A program made the translations under genes and the position numbers. This document shows positions 39,470 through 48,016 of a stretch of DNA of 64,000 nt, one piece after another. The stretch's first letter is position 1. Every line of letters starts with the position of its first letter. This DNA is from Methylococcales bacterium (lineage in GTDB: Bacteria > Pseudomonadota > Gammaproteobacteria > Methylococcales > Methylomonadaceae), in the NCBI GenBank assembly GCA_965224745.1, contig CBDCZY010000004.1, positions 29,851 to 93,850 on the forward strand, read 5' to 3'. The notes beneath the pieces are model-generated. The model did not search any database and was not told the DNA's origin. It saw only the letters and a list, made by a program, of their open reading frames with translations.

Positions 39470-39880
39470 ATGTCTAATTACATCATTCCAACACTGAAAT
39501 ATAAAGACGCCGCAACAGCTATCGAATGGCTTTGCCAGGCGTTCGGGTTTGAGAAACATTTGGTCGTACCTGGCGAAGCGGGAAGCATAGAACATGCTCA
39601 ACTCAAACTAAACGGTGACATGATTATGGTTGGCTCAGTCAGGGATTCGCCCTTTGATCAGTTGCAAAAAACGCCACATGCGGTAGGCGAGGCCGTAACG
39701 CAAAGCCCTTATATCATTGTAGAAGATGTCGATGCTCATTATCACCGGGCAGTTAGCGCTGGAGCAGTAATAGCAATGGAACCTGAAGATCAAGACTATG
39801 GAGGGCGTTTGTATTCTTGCATGGATCCAGAGGGTCATTTGTGGAATTTTGGATCCTACAACCCATGGGAAACCTTGTGA
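39470..39880 (+). CDS. VOC (glyoxalase/bleomycin-resistance/PhnB-like) family protein
   Basis: 136 aa containing IEWLCQAFGFEKHLVVPGE...HAQLKLNGDMIMVG...YGGRLYSCMDPEGHLWNFGSYNPW, which is typical of small VOC proteins. Confidence 0.75.
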   Translation: MSNYIIPTLKYKDAATAIEWLCQAFGFEKHLVVPGEAGSIEHAQLKLNGDMIMVGSVRDSPFDQLQKTPHAVGEAVTQSPYIIVEDVDAHYHRAVSAGAVIAMEPEDQDYGGRLYSCMDPEGHLWNFGSYNPWETL

Positions 39881-39998
39881 TTGCGGTGCAAACAGACCTC
39901 CAATCAAATATTTGTACAACAAAAAGTAACGTGTTCTTAACCCTCAGCCTTTATCCGACAATGACTTTGCGGTGATAGGTTGTAATCTTTAGGAGGAA

Positions 39999-40412
39999 AT
40001 GATGTTAAAGCAAACAATTTGGGCAGTTATTACAGTGTTTTTAGCATGGTCAATTTTGGACTTTCTTATTCACGGCGTACTACTTAAATCAACCTATCAA
40101 GCAACGTCCCATTTGTGGCGACCAGAAGACGAAATGAATATGCCTCTCATGTCTTTCGTTACATTAGTTTTTAGCATTTGTTTTGTAGCTATTTATAGCT
40201 ATTTTATTGAACCCAAATCATTAGCGACAGGGCTTAAGTATGGGCTTATTTTTGGTGTTGCAATGGGCGTGACGATGGGATTCGGGTCATACTGCTACAT
40301 GCCTATTTCATTAGGTCTTGCTTTTAGCTGGTTCATTGGCAGTTTAGTCGAAATAACGATTGCAGGTAGCATTGTTGGCTTTTTGGTTAAGCCACTCGAA
40401 GACACAGTCTAA
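39999..40412 (+). CDS. small integral membrane protein (4 TM helices), family not recognised
   Basis: 137-aa hydrophobic ORF with a GGAGG Shine-Dalgarno sequence upstream. Confidence 0.5.
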   Translation: MMLKQTIWAVITVFLAWSILDFLIHGVLLKSTYQATSHLWRPEDEMNMPLMSFVTLVFSICFVAIYSYFIEPKSLATGLKYGLIFGVAMGVTMGFGSYCYMPISLGLAFSWFIGSLVEITIAGSIVGFLVKPLEDTV

Positions 40413-40423
40413 CCATCTTATCA

Positions 40424-41181
40424 GGGCATTGTTCAAAAAGTATAGTTTCTGGTAAAGTAGTATTTTTCCCGTGAGTAACTACCTATGGCGACTTGTCCGA
40501 AATGTCACTCAGCAGACTGCACGAAAGATGGTATAGTCAAAGAGAAACAACGATATAAATGCAAATCATGTGGCTATAGGCATACCGTGAGCCACCAGGG
40601 ACTTAGACCTGATATTAAGCGACAAGCGCTTGAGCTTTACCTGGAAGGGCTGGGTTTTCGCTCAATTGGCCGGTTTTTGAAATGCAGTCATGTGACGGTG
40701 TATTACTGGATCAAAGCCTATGGCGAATCGATCGAGGCAATTCGATCAGAAGCGGGTGTTGAAATTGTAGAAATGGATGAAATGCACACGTATATTGGCG
40801 TAAAAAAAACTATTGCTGGATCTGGATTGCTGTTGATCGACATGGAAAGCGCTTTCTCGCGTGCGTTGTGGGCTCCCGCGACACGGAAACAGGACGGGAA
40901 TGATGGGAAGCCGTCAAAGACAGCACTATAAAAGGTGTTATGAGCGACTATTGGAGTCCCTATGAAAAGTTTATCCCGGCTGGATTACATACACAATCAA
41001 AAGCTGAAACATATACGGTAGAAGGCTATAACAGCTTAAGCTTATTTAGACACTTTCTCGCCCGATTACGCCGAAAATCGAAGTGTTATAGCAAAAGTAA
41101 GGAAATGCTTAAATATGCAGTGATGCTTTTAATGCTCAAATGGAACGGGGATTTTGGAACTATACTTAATTAACAATACCC
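40424..41181 (+). mobile_element. IS1-family insertion sequence (single-ORF type), 758 bp, degenerate
   Basis: The terminal IRs are GGGCATTGTTCAAAAAGTATAGTTTC (40424 onward) and the reverse complement of the right end, GGGTATTGTTAATTAAGTATAGTTCC (ending 41181). The flanks CTTATCAG and CTTAAAAG match at 6 of 8 positions. Confidence 0.8.
40485..41173 (+). pseudogene. IS1-family transposase, disrupted by a -1 frame change at an A8 run and an in-frame TGA
   Basis: The zinc finger is CPKCHS...CKSCG, followed by an HTH and VEMDEMHTYIGVKK. The frame then shifts at 40802..40809 into NYCWIWIAVDRHGKRFLACVVGSRDTETGRE. A TGA lies at 40901..40903. The frame continues WEAVKDSTIKGVMSDYWSPY... Confidence 0.75.
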
Positions 41182-41794
41182 TTAAAAGAAACTCGTTCTA
41201 AGTCTTTAAGGCGCTCTGACGGATACCCTGAAGAATAAAATATTCAATGAAGCTGAACCGATGCCACTTCGGGTGGACATCCAATATGACAGGTTAAGTT
41301 TACTTCTCCAGGCTCTATCCCGGAAAACGATAGATAATTAAAACAATGAAAACGGCATAGAAACCCAGTCTGCTGAAGTATAGGTTCAGAAAGAAGGATT
41401 TCATGCGGAATATGAATAGTAAAAATAGATATAATTGGGTATTGACATGGTTATGACAGGGACGCGCACGAAATAAGTTCGGCGACTAGCGTGGGGTTTT
41501 TGTTTGTCTTCAAGGAGTGGCAACAGACGCATTATAGTACTCCCCATTGTCCAGACCAATTTCTCTAATAATTAAGATATAAATCTTTCTCTTTATTTTA
41601 AAAAAAATTGTTATTATTGCGCCGCAGGCGTTTTAATATTACGATTTGTTGACTGCGGCGGAATGTGGTCAAAGGGTGGATTAGTGTGGGTAAGCTCGTG
41701 GAAAACGGCTCTTTTGTTTTCCATCAGCTTATCCACACGTTCCGTAGGAAATCCACGCTTTGTCCACATGGAGTCCGCCTGGCTTACCTTTAAA

Positions 41795-42640
41795 TCATAC
41801 TGCGCTCTTGTTTAAATAGACCTCCTCGGGGGTTTGATAATCTAGCGATTGATGAATCCGTCGCTGGTTGTAAAACTCAAAATAGTCTTTCAGCCCTTGG
41901 TGCGCTTGTTTCACGGTCTGAAAATCATTCAAGTAGACTTTCTCATACTTGACAGAACGCCACAAACGCTCAACAAAGATATTATCCAAGGCCCGGCCTC
42001 TGCCATCCATGCTAACCTGGATGCCTTTATCCAGCAGGGGTTGCGTGAACCGATGCGTGGTAAATTGGCTCCCTTGGTCGGTATTAAAAATTTCGCACCG
42101 TGATGTTGCCAAGGCTTCATTCAGCGCAATGATACAGAAGTCTGCTTCCAACGTCGTACTCAGTGCCCAATTCAGCACATAGCGGCTGTACCAGTCGATG
42201 ATTGCCATCAAATAAACAAAGCCATGTCTCAGACGTATATAGGTAATATCAGTACTCCAGACCTGATTACAGCGTTCAATGGGCAAATGTCTCAACAGAT
42301 AAGGAAACACTTTGTGTTCCGGATTCGCCTGGCTCAACTTCGGCTTGGGATAGACCGCTTCTAAGCCCATTTGCCTGAGCAGCCGCCTGACGCGTTTCAC
42401 ATTGACCTGATGACCTTGTAATCTCAAATGCTCCGTCATTTTCAACACACCGTAAAAAGGTGTTTCGGTATATTGTTTATCCAGTTCATGCATCAATAAT
42501 AGCGTGTATGCGTCGATACCCACCGGACGGTAATACAGGCTTGAGCGATTGATGCCTAGCAAACCACACTGTTGCCTGATGCTAAGGGTTGACAGCTCAG
42601 GTTCTAGCCACATTTTTTTAGTGTCAAGAGCCACGTTCAA
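41795..42640 (-). CDS. IS3-family transposase OrfB (integrase/DDE core), expressed as an OrfAB fusion by -1 frameshift
   Basis: 281 aa with an rve-type core: WSTDITYIRL...YLMAIIDWYSR (D), FNTDQGSQFT (D), RLWRSVKYEKVY (E region). Confidence 0.9.
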   Translation of the reverse strand: MNVALDTKKMWLEPELSTLSIRQQCGLLGINRSSLYYRPVGIDAYTLLLMHELDKQYTETPFYGVLKMTEHLRLQGHQVNVKRVRRLLRQMGLEAVYPKPKLSQANPEHKVFPYLLRHLPIERCNQVWSTDITYIRLRHGFVYLMAIIDWYSRYVLNWALSTTLEADFCIIALNEALATSRCEIFNTDQGSQFTTHRFTQPLLDKGIQVSMDGRGRALDNIFVERLWRSVKYEKVYLNDFQTVKQAHQGLKDYFEFYNQRRIHQSLDYQTPEEVYLNKSAV

Positions 42641-42915
42641 AATGTTTTTTTTAGAAATTCATTTTCTACTTTTAGCTGCCCTATCTGCTTGTAGAGTTCA
42701 TCAATCAACGCTTGCTGGTCATCTTCCTGGCGTTTTCGGTGGCTTGAAAATGCTTCGGGGAGGGTATTTAATGCAGCCTTTTTCCAATTGTTGATTTGGG
42801 TTGAATGGATGCCGTATTTCGCGGTAATTTCTGCTGTGGTTTGCTCACCTTTTAGGGCTTCTAAAACAACCTTTACTTTGGTTTGAGTGCTGTGCTTTTT
42901 TCGACTAATTGTCAT
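42637..42915 (-). CDS. IS3-family transposase OrfA (HTH)
   Basis: 92 aa containing KVKVVLEALKGEQTTAEITAKYGIHSTQINNWKK and a leucine-zipper-like C-terminus. Confidence 0.9.
   Translation of the reverse strand: MTISRKKHSTQTKVKVVLEALKGEQTTAEITAKYGIHSTQINNWKKAALNTLPEAFSSHRKRQEDDQQALIDELYKQIGQLKVENEFLKKTF
42645..42652 (-). promoter_or_regulatory. A8 slippery run (A AAA AAA) for programmed -1 frameshifting between orfA and orfB
   Basis: The sense strand reads TTT CTA AAA AAA ACA. orfB is in the -1 frame relative to orfA. Confidence 0.8.
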
Positions 42916-43082
42916 CTCTTAATCCTCGGTTTTGAGGGTAAGATTCTATCTTAACTACTGGTCTAGTTTTTGGGGAGTATTATAAGTGGCGGCACTGTTT
43001 GGAAAAGACTATCTCTGTACATTCAATCTTTGTTTTCGGTATCATAATCAAGCTATGTAATTGCTTTAAGATAGAAAGTCCA

Positions 43083-45974
43083 ATGTCCGATTTAGAGAAA
43101 GTAATAGCTGAAATTGAATCCCTTTCCGATGTGGCTGTTAAAGAGCAACTACGCTCTTCTTTAAATCAGTTTATTCGAAATCTTCGAGATAATAATCAGC
43201 AGTTTCCAGCAAACCCTCCCTTTCAGTCTTCAATAGTAAAAGTTTGGGCAAGTAGTTTATTCGTAAGGAATTGCTGTGTTATTGAGCCTGATACCATTTT
43301 AGAGCTAATTGCTACAAAAGAATTGTTTATTTCTGATCTCAAGTCAGTTTATCTAGGTGATTTGTATACGTTTTCAGTCAATTCCGAAACGGCGTTAATG
43401 ACTATACTTCGTCAGTTCAGAAAAAAGCACATGATTAGAATAGCCTGGCGGGATATTGCAGGTTGGTCAGACTTGTCTGAGACACTGCTTGATTTATCTG
43501 CTCTGGCCGATGCTTGTATTGAATATGCTCTGGATTTTCTTTATCAAGCAGCATGCAAAATGAAAAGTAGCCCAATTCTTCCAAGCGGTTGTAAGCAGCA
43601 ACTAATCGTTCTTGGTATGGGAAAGTTAGGAGCAAAAGAACTCAATTTTTCTTCTGATATTGACCTTATTTTTACCTACCCTGAAGAGGGAATTCTAGAA
43701 GATAAAAAGAAAACCAGTTATAGCGAATTTTTTTCTAAGCTATGTACTAGCCTGATAAAAGTATTAAATGAGGCAACTGTTGAGGGGTTTGTTTTTAGAG
43801 TCGATACACGGCTGAGGCCATTTGGTGCGAGTGGTCCTATTGTTATGAACTTTCAGGCCATGGAGAACTACTATCAGACACAAGCGCGAGAATGGGAACG
43901 CTATGCAATGGTCAAGGTGCGACCTGTTGCAGGAGATCTTGAAACTGCAAAGCAATTAATGCAAATGCTTAACCCATTTGTATACCGTCGGTATTTAGAC
44001 TACGGTGCCTTTGAAGAGTTGAGAACACTAAAATTAAAAATAACCCAGGAACTCATGCGAAAGGATAAGGTTGAGAATATCAAACTTGGGCCAGGTGGTA
44101 TTCGTGAAATAGAGTTTATAGTTCAGGCATTTCAATTGATAAGAGGGGGGCAAAATAAGGAATTACAAGAAAGCAACGTGTTAAAAGTTTTGCCTAGGCT
44201 TGGAGAGCTCAATTTACTAACAAAGGAGGATATTGATACTCTTGAAAGGTCGTATATGTTATTAAGGCAAGTAGAAAATCATATTCAAGCCTATCAGGAT
44301 AAGCAAACTCATGATTTGCCGGAGCAAATTACTGAGAAATTTGCTTTGGCGGTATCTTTAAATTATTCCTCATGGATTTCTTTTAAAGAACATATTGATG
44401 AAATTCGAAATGATGTTCACCAAATTTTTGAAGAAGTTTTCTCTTTGACAAAAGAGGATAAAGAGAATAATTCAAGCAATAAGGTTTGGTCACAGTTGCA
44501 TACTGACGACACGGAGGCATTGGAAATGGAAATTACTTCATTAGGTTTTCATAATCCCCAACAAGTAATTCGGCAGCTTTTTGTTTTTCAAAATGCATTA
44601 AATGTCAAGAAGCTAACAAAAAAAGGGGCGGAAACATTAGATCGACTTATTCCAAAACTGCTTTCCGAGTTTGTGCTCATTGAAAATGCAGATGAAACAT
44701 TAGGTCGCATATTAAACTTATTTGAAGCTATTGCTGGTAGAAATGTCTATTATGCGTTACTGATTGAAAATCCAAGTGCATTAACACAGTTGGTTAAACT
44801 TTCTTCGTCAAGTTTTTGGATTTGTGATTATTTAGCGCTGCATCCAATTCTACTGGACGAGCTTTTAGATTCAGAAAGTCTTTATTCCCCACTAAGTAAG
44901 CCCCATTTGGAGGAAGCCATTAATTCTCAGATGGCGCTTATTGAAAAAGATCAAATTGAGCAAGTGATGACATCCTTGCGCCAATTTAAGCAAAGCAATG
45001 TTCTTAGAGTGGCATCTGCAGATATAGCAGGAGTAATACCGCTCATGGTTGTTAGCGATTATTTAACTTACATTGCTGAGGAGATTGTTAAGTTTGTTGT
45101 TGGTATAGCGTGGAGAATACTGGAAAAAAAACATGGTTTGCCACAACAAGCCAATGAAAAAGAAATGAAGTTCGCTGTTATCGCTTATGGTAAATTTGGA
45201 GGTATAGAACTCGGTTATGGTTCCGATCTGGATTTGGTTTTTTTGTCAGACACAGTCGATCAACATGGGGTTACCAGTGGCGATAAGCCGGTAACTTGTT
45301 TAGAGTTTTATGCAAAATTAGGCCAAAAAATATCCAGCATCCTGAATACTAAGATGTTTTCGGGCGTCTTGTATGAAGTGGACCTAAGACTTCGACCCAG
45401 CGGTAACGCAGGGTTGCTGGTAAGTCAGGTTGGTGCTTTCCAAGAGTATCTGGATAAGTCAGCATGGACATGGGAGCACCAAGCCTTAGTCAGGGCTCGT
45501 TTTGTTGCTGGAGACATAGCTGTCGGAGAAAAATTCCATGATATTAGGAAAGCGATATTAATTAAGTCAAGAAAATATGATGATTTAAAACAAGAAGTTC
45601 GTGAAATGCGAAAAAAAATGGCGGATAATTTTGCTGTGAAGGCGGTTGGGCGGTTTGATTTAAAGCATAGTCCTGGTGGTATTGCAGATATAGAGTTTAT
45701 AGTACAATTTTGTGTACTTGCTTATGCGCATAAGACTGAAAAGTTGATAGATTTTACAGATAACATAAGAATTATGGCATCGTTAAGAGAAAACGGGTAT
45801 ATCTCCGAATATCAACTTGATACATTGCATAATGCATACTGTGCTTATCGTGATAGAGGACATCGGGAGACCCTGCAAGGAAGTACCAATGTAATAGCAG
45901 AGAGCATTTTTGCTGACATAAGGCCCAAGGTAAAGCAAATTTGGAGTGAAATTATGAGTTCTCATCAACCCTAA
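43083..45974 (+). CDS. glnE: bifunctional glutamine synthetase adenylyltransferase / adenylyl-removing enzyme
   Basis: It has two nucleotidyltransferase modules (GKLGAKELNFSSDIDLIF and GKFGGIELGYGSDLDLVF). I set the start at the ATG at 43083 (MSDLEKVIAEI). The track ORF begins at a TTG only 14 nt from the IS end. Confidence 0.92.
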   Translation: MSDLEKVIAEIESLSDVAVKEQLRSSLNQFIRNLRDNNQQFPANPPFQSSIVKVWASSLFVRNCCVIEPDTILELIATKELFISDLKSVYLGDLYTFSVNSETALMTILRQFRKKHMIRIAWRDIAGWSDLSETLLDLSALADACIEYALDFLYQAACKMKSSPILPSGCKQQLIVLGMGKLGAKELNFSSDIDLIFTYPEEGILEDKKKTSYSEFFSKLCTSLIKVLNEATVEGFVFRVDTRLRPFGASGPIVMNFQAMENYYQTQAREWERYAMVKVRPVAGDLETAKQLMQMLNPFVYRRYLDYGAFEELRTLKLKITQELMRKDKVENIKLGPGGIREIEFIVQAFQLIRGGQNKELQESNVLKVLPRLGELNLLTKEDIDTLERSYMLLRQVENHIQAYQDKQTHDLPEQITEKFALAVSLNYSSWISFKEHIDEIRNDVHQIFEEVFSLTKEDKENNSSNKVWSQLHTDDTEALEMEITSLGFHNPQQVIRQLFVFQNALNVKKLTKKGAETLDRLIPKLLSEFVLIENADETLGRILNLFEAIAGRNVYYALLIENPSALTQLVKLSSSSFWICDYLALHPILLDELLDSESLYSPLSKPHLEEAINSQMALIEKDQIEQVMTSLRQFKQSNVLRVASADIAGVIPLMVVSDYLTYIAEEIVKFVVGIAWRILEKKHGLPQQANEKEMKFAVIAYGKFGGIELGYGSDLDLVFLSDTVDQHGVTSGDKPVTCLEFYAKLGQKISSILNTKMFSGVLYEVDLRLRPSGNAGLLVSQVGAFQEYLDKSAWTWEHQALVRARFVAGDIAVGEKFHDIRKAILIKSRKYDDLKQEVREMRKKMADNFAVKAVGRFDLKHSPGGIADIEFIVQFCVLAYAHKTEKLIDFTDNIRIMASLRENGYISEYQLDTLHNAYCAYRDRGHRETLQGSTNVIAESIFADIRPKVKQIWSEIMSSHQP

Positions 45975-46061
45975 AATACTCTTGACTAAATTTAGGAAGT
46001 AAAATGAAGGCGTTTCAAGCAGCACAATTAAAATTTATACTAAAAGGCAATAGGAGACTAC

Positions 46062-46997
46062 ATGATGACGATGGACGATAGAGACGGCGTCATCTGGCTA
46101 GATGGGGAATGGGTGCCCTGGCGAGAGGCGAAAGTTCATGTTTTGACACATACGTTACATTATGGTGCAGGCGTGTTTGAAGGCTTAAGGGCTTATCAAA
46201 CTGCTACAAATGGTACTGCAATATTTAGATTACAAGAACACACAGACCGGTTGTTTAGGTCGGCCCACATTCTAAATATGAAAATTCCTTTTTCAAAACA
46301 AACACTGAATGATGCTCATTGCTCCGCTGTTGCCAAAAACCACTTAGCTAGTGCTTATCTCAGGCCTATGTGTTTTTACGGCTCAGAAGGTATGGGTCTA
46401 CGGGCAGATAATTTAAAAGTGCATGTTATGGTTGCGGCATGGGAGTGGGGTGCCTATCTGGGAGCTGAAAGTATGGAAAAAGGCATCCGAATTAGAACAT
46501 CCTCTTATACTAGAAATCACGTTAATAGTACCATGTGCAAAGCAAAGGCAAACGGGAATTACATTAATTCGATTTTGGCACTTCAAGAAGCAATCTCAGC
46601 AGGTTATGATGAAGCCTTGCTTTTAGATCACGAGGGTTATGTGGCCGAGGGAAGCGGAGAAAATCTGTTTATCGTACGCAACAATAAACTGTATACCCCT
46701 GAAACTACTTCGGCCTTGGAAGGAATTACGCGTGATACGATTATTACGATAGCCAATGAGATAGGAATGCCAGTTATAGAAAAACGAATTACCCGAGATG
46801 AAGTTTATGTTGCTGATGAGGCTTTTTTTACAGGTTCTGCAGCAGAGGTAACTCCTATCCGAGAATACGATGATAGAACGATCGGCAAAGGAGAGCGAGG
46901 GCAGGTAACGGAGCGTTTGCAAGCACTATATTTTGATTACGCTAATGGGAAGCGTAATGACCACCATGAATGGCTGACTTACGTTCAAGCCGAGTGA
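46062..46997 (+). CDS. ilvE: branched-chain amino acid aminotransferase
   Basis: 311-aa class IV aminotransferase with the motifs HTLHYGAGVFEGLRAY and KAKANGNYINS, and EGSGENLF. The glnE-ilvE-waaF-waaC order matches Pseudomonas. Confidence 0.92.
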   Translation: MMTMDDRDGVIWLDGEWVPWREAKVHVLTHTLHYGAGVFEGLRAYQTATNGTAIFRLQEHTDRLFRSAHILNMKIPFSKQTLNDAHCSAVAKNHLASAYLRPMCFYGSEGMGLRADNLKVHVMVAAWEWGAYLGAESMEKGIRIRTSSYTRNHVNSTMCKAKANGNYINSILALQEAISAGYDEALLLDHEGYVAEGSGENLFIVRNNKLYTPETTSALEGITRDTIITIANEIGMPVIEKRITRDEVYVADEAFFTGSAAEVTPIREYDDRTIGKGERGQVTERLQALYFDYANGKRNDHHEWLTYVQAE

Positions 46998-48016
46998 AGT
47001 TAGACTCAAAAATATTAATTGTCGGGCCATCATGGATCGGAGACATGGTTATGGCACAAAGTTTGTTTATTGCGCTGAAGCAAAAATACCCAGATAGTCG
47101 GCTTGATGTTCTCGCGCCAGAGTGGTGTTTTCCGGTATTGACCAGGATGAAAGAAATTTCCAGTATGATCGAAGCTCCTTTCAAACATGGAGAATTAAGT
47201 TTAAAAAAAAGAACAGCAATTGGGCATGAGCTCAAGGAGAATGGTTATCATCAAGCAATCATTCTTCCTAATTCATGGAAATCTGCTTTAGTACCCTTCT
47301 TTGCCAAAATTCCAATTCGTACTGGTTATCTTGGTGAGTTTCGTTATGCTTTACTAAATGATATAAGGTACCAATCCAGCAAACGAGGTCGCAAAACAGC
47401 AGAAAATTATGCTAATTTGTCTCAACAGAGAAACGAGCCACTGGCAGAGCTTTCCAAGCCTGAGCTGTTTATTGATTTGGCAAACCAAGCTAAGTTAATT
47501 AAAAAACATAGTATAAAGAACTCACTCAAGACTGTGGCGCTATGTCCTGGCGCTGAGTTTGGTTCTTCCAAGCGTTGGCCAGCCGCTTTTTTTGCTAGTG
47601 TTGCGAGACAAAAAAAGGATGAAGGATGGCAAGTCCTCTTGTTTGGTTCGGAAAAGGATAACGCCATAACAAAAGAAATAAATACGCTAACAAACATGCA
47701 GTGTGTTGATTTAGCGGGTACAACTTCACTGGTTGAGAGTATTGACTTAATTTCGTTGGCAGATGTCGTTGTCACTAATGATACTGGGTTAATGCATGTT
47801 GCAGCAGCGCTAAAAAAAAGGATCGTTGCAATTTTTGGTTCGTCGGACCCCAAAAGAACACCCCCATTGAGTTTCCAAACTGCTAAAATCTGTTATCTCG
47901 GTTTGGAGTGCTCGCCTTGTTACAAAAGAGAATGCCCTTTGGGCCATACACATTGTTTGAAGCAAATTCTGCCCGATCAAATTATTAACGAAATCGGGGC
48001 ATTATGCGCGTCTTAG
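46970..48016 (+). CDS. waaF: ADP-heptose:LPS heptosyltransferase II
   Basis: GT9 family, with ILIVGPSWIGDMVM and NDTGLMHVAAAL. The true start may be the GTG at 46994, which overlaps the ilvE stop (GTGA). Confidence 0.85.
   Translation: MADLRSSRVKLDSKILIVGPSWIGDMVMAQSLFIALKQKYPDSRLDVLAPEWCFPVLTRMKEISSMIEAPFKHGELSLKKRTAIGHELKENGYHQAIILPNSWKSALVPFFAKIPIRTGYLGEFRYALLNDIRYQSSKRGRKTAENYANLSQQRNEPLAELSKPELFIDLANQAKLIKKHSIKNSLKTVALCPGAEFGSSKRWPAAFFASVARQKKDEGWQVLLFGSEKDNAITKEINTLTNMQCVDLAGTTSLVESIDLISLADVVVTNDTGLMHVAAALKKRIVAIFGSSDPKRTPPLSFQTAKICYLGLECSPCYKRECPLGHTHCLKQILPDQIINEIGALCAS

Larger units (their letters stand above)
41532..42985 (-). mobile_element. IS3-family insertion sequence, copy A (about 1454 bp including a ~260-bp non-coding 3' tail)
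   Basis: It has orfA/orfB with an A8 slippery run. The end at 42985 (reverse complement TTATAATACTCCCCAAAAACTAGACCAGTAG) matches TTATAGTACTCCCCATTGTCCAGACCAATTT at 41532 as an imperfect IR. No target duplication is seen. Confidence 0.75.

Noticed and set aside
38623-40423. This could be an integron-like cassette array: three small co-oriented ORFs with ~110-bp spacers.
   Set aside because: The spacers do not show attC architecture (no paired RYYYAAC / GTTRRRY core sites with an imperfect internal palindrome). No intI gene or attI site is present. The short direct repeats seen (TTGCGGTG twice, GCGAGTCT twice) are compatible with chance.
41182-41531. The 350-bp ORF-less gap between the IS1 and IS3 copies could hold an sRNA or a gene remnant. 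TATAAT and TTGACA hexamers are present.
   Set aside because: The hexamers are not in a functional -35/-10 arrangement. There is no terminator and no recognisable coding remnant in any frame. It is probably junk left by IS activity.
42999-43082. The track gives glnE an N-terminal extension starting at a TTG at 42999 (MEKTISVHSIFVFGIIIKLCNCFKIESP).
   Set aside because: The extension starts 14 nt from the IS3 end, is hydrophobic and cysteine-rich, and is unlike GlnE. The ATG at 43083 gives a normal GlnE N-terminus.
45975-46061. A 25-codon ORF (MKAFQAAQLKFILKGNRRLHDDDGR) upstream of and overlapping the ilvE start could be a leader peptide or attenuator.
   Set aside because: It has no run of Ile/Leu/Val codons. 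No terminator/antiterminator pair is visible, and there is no convincing RBS.
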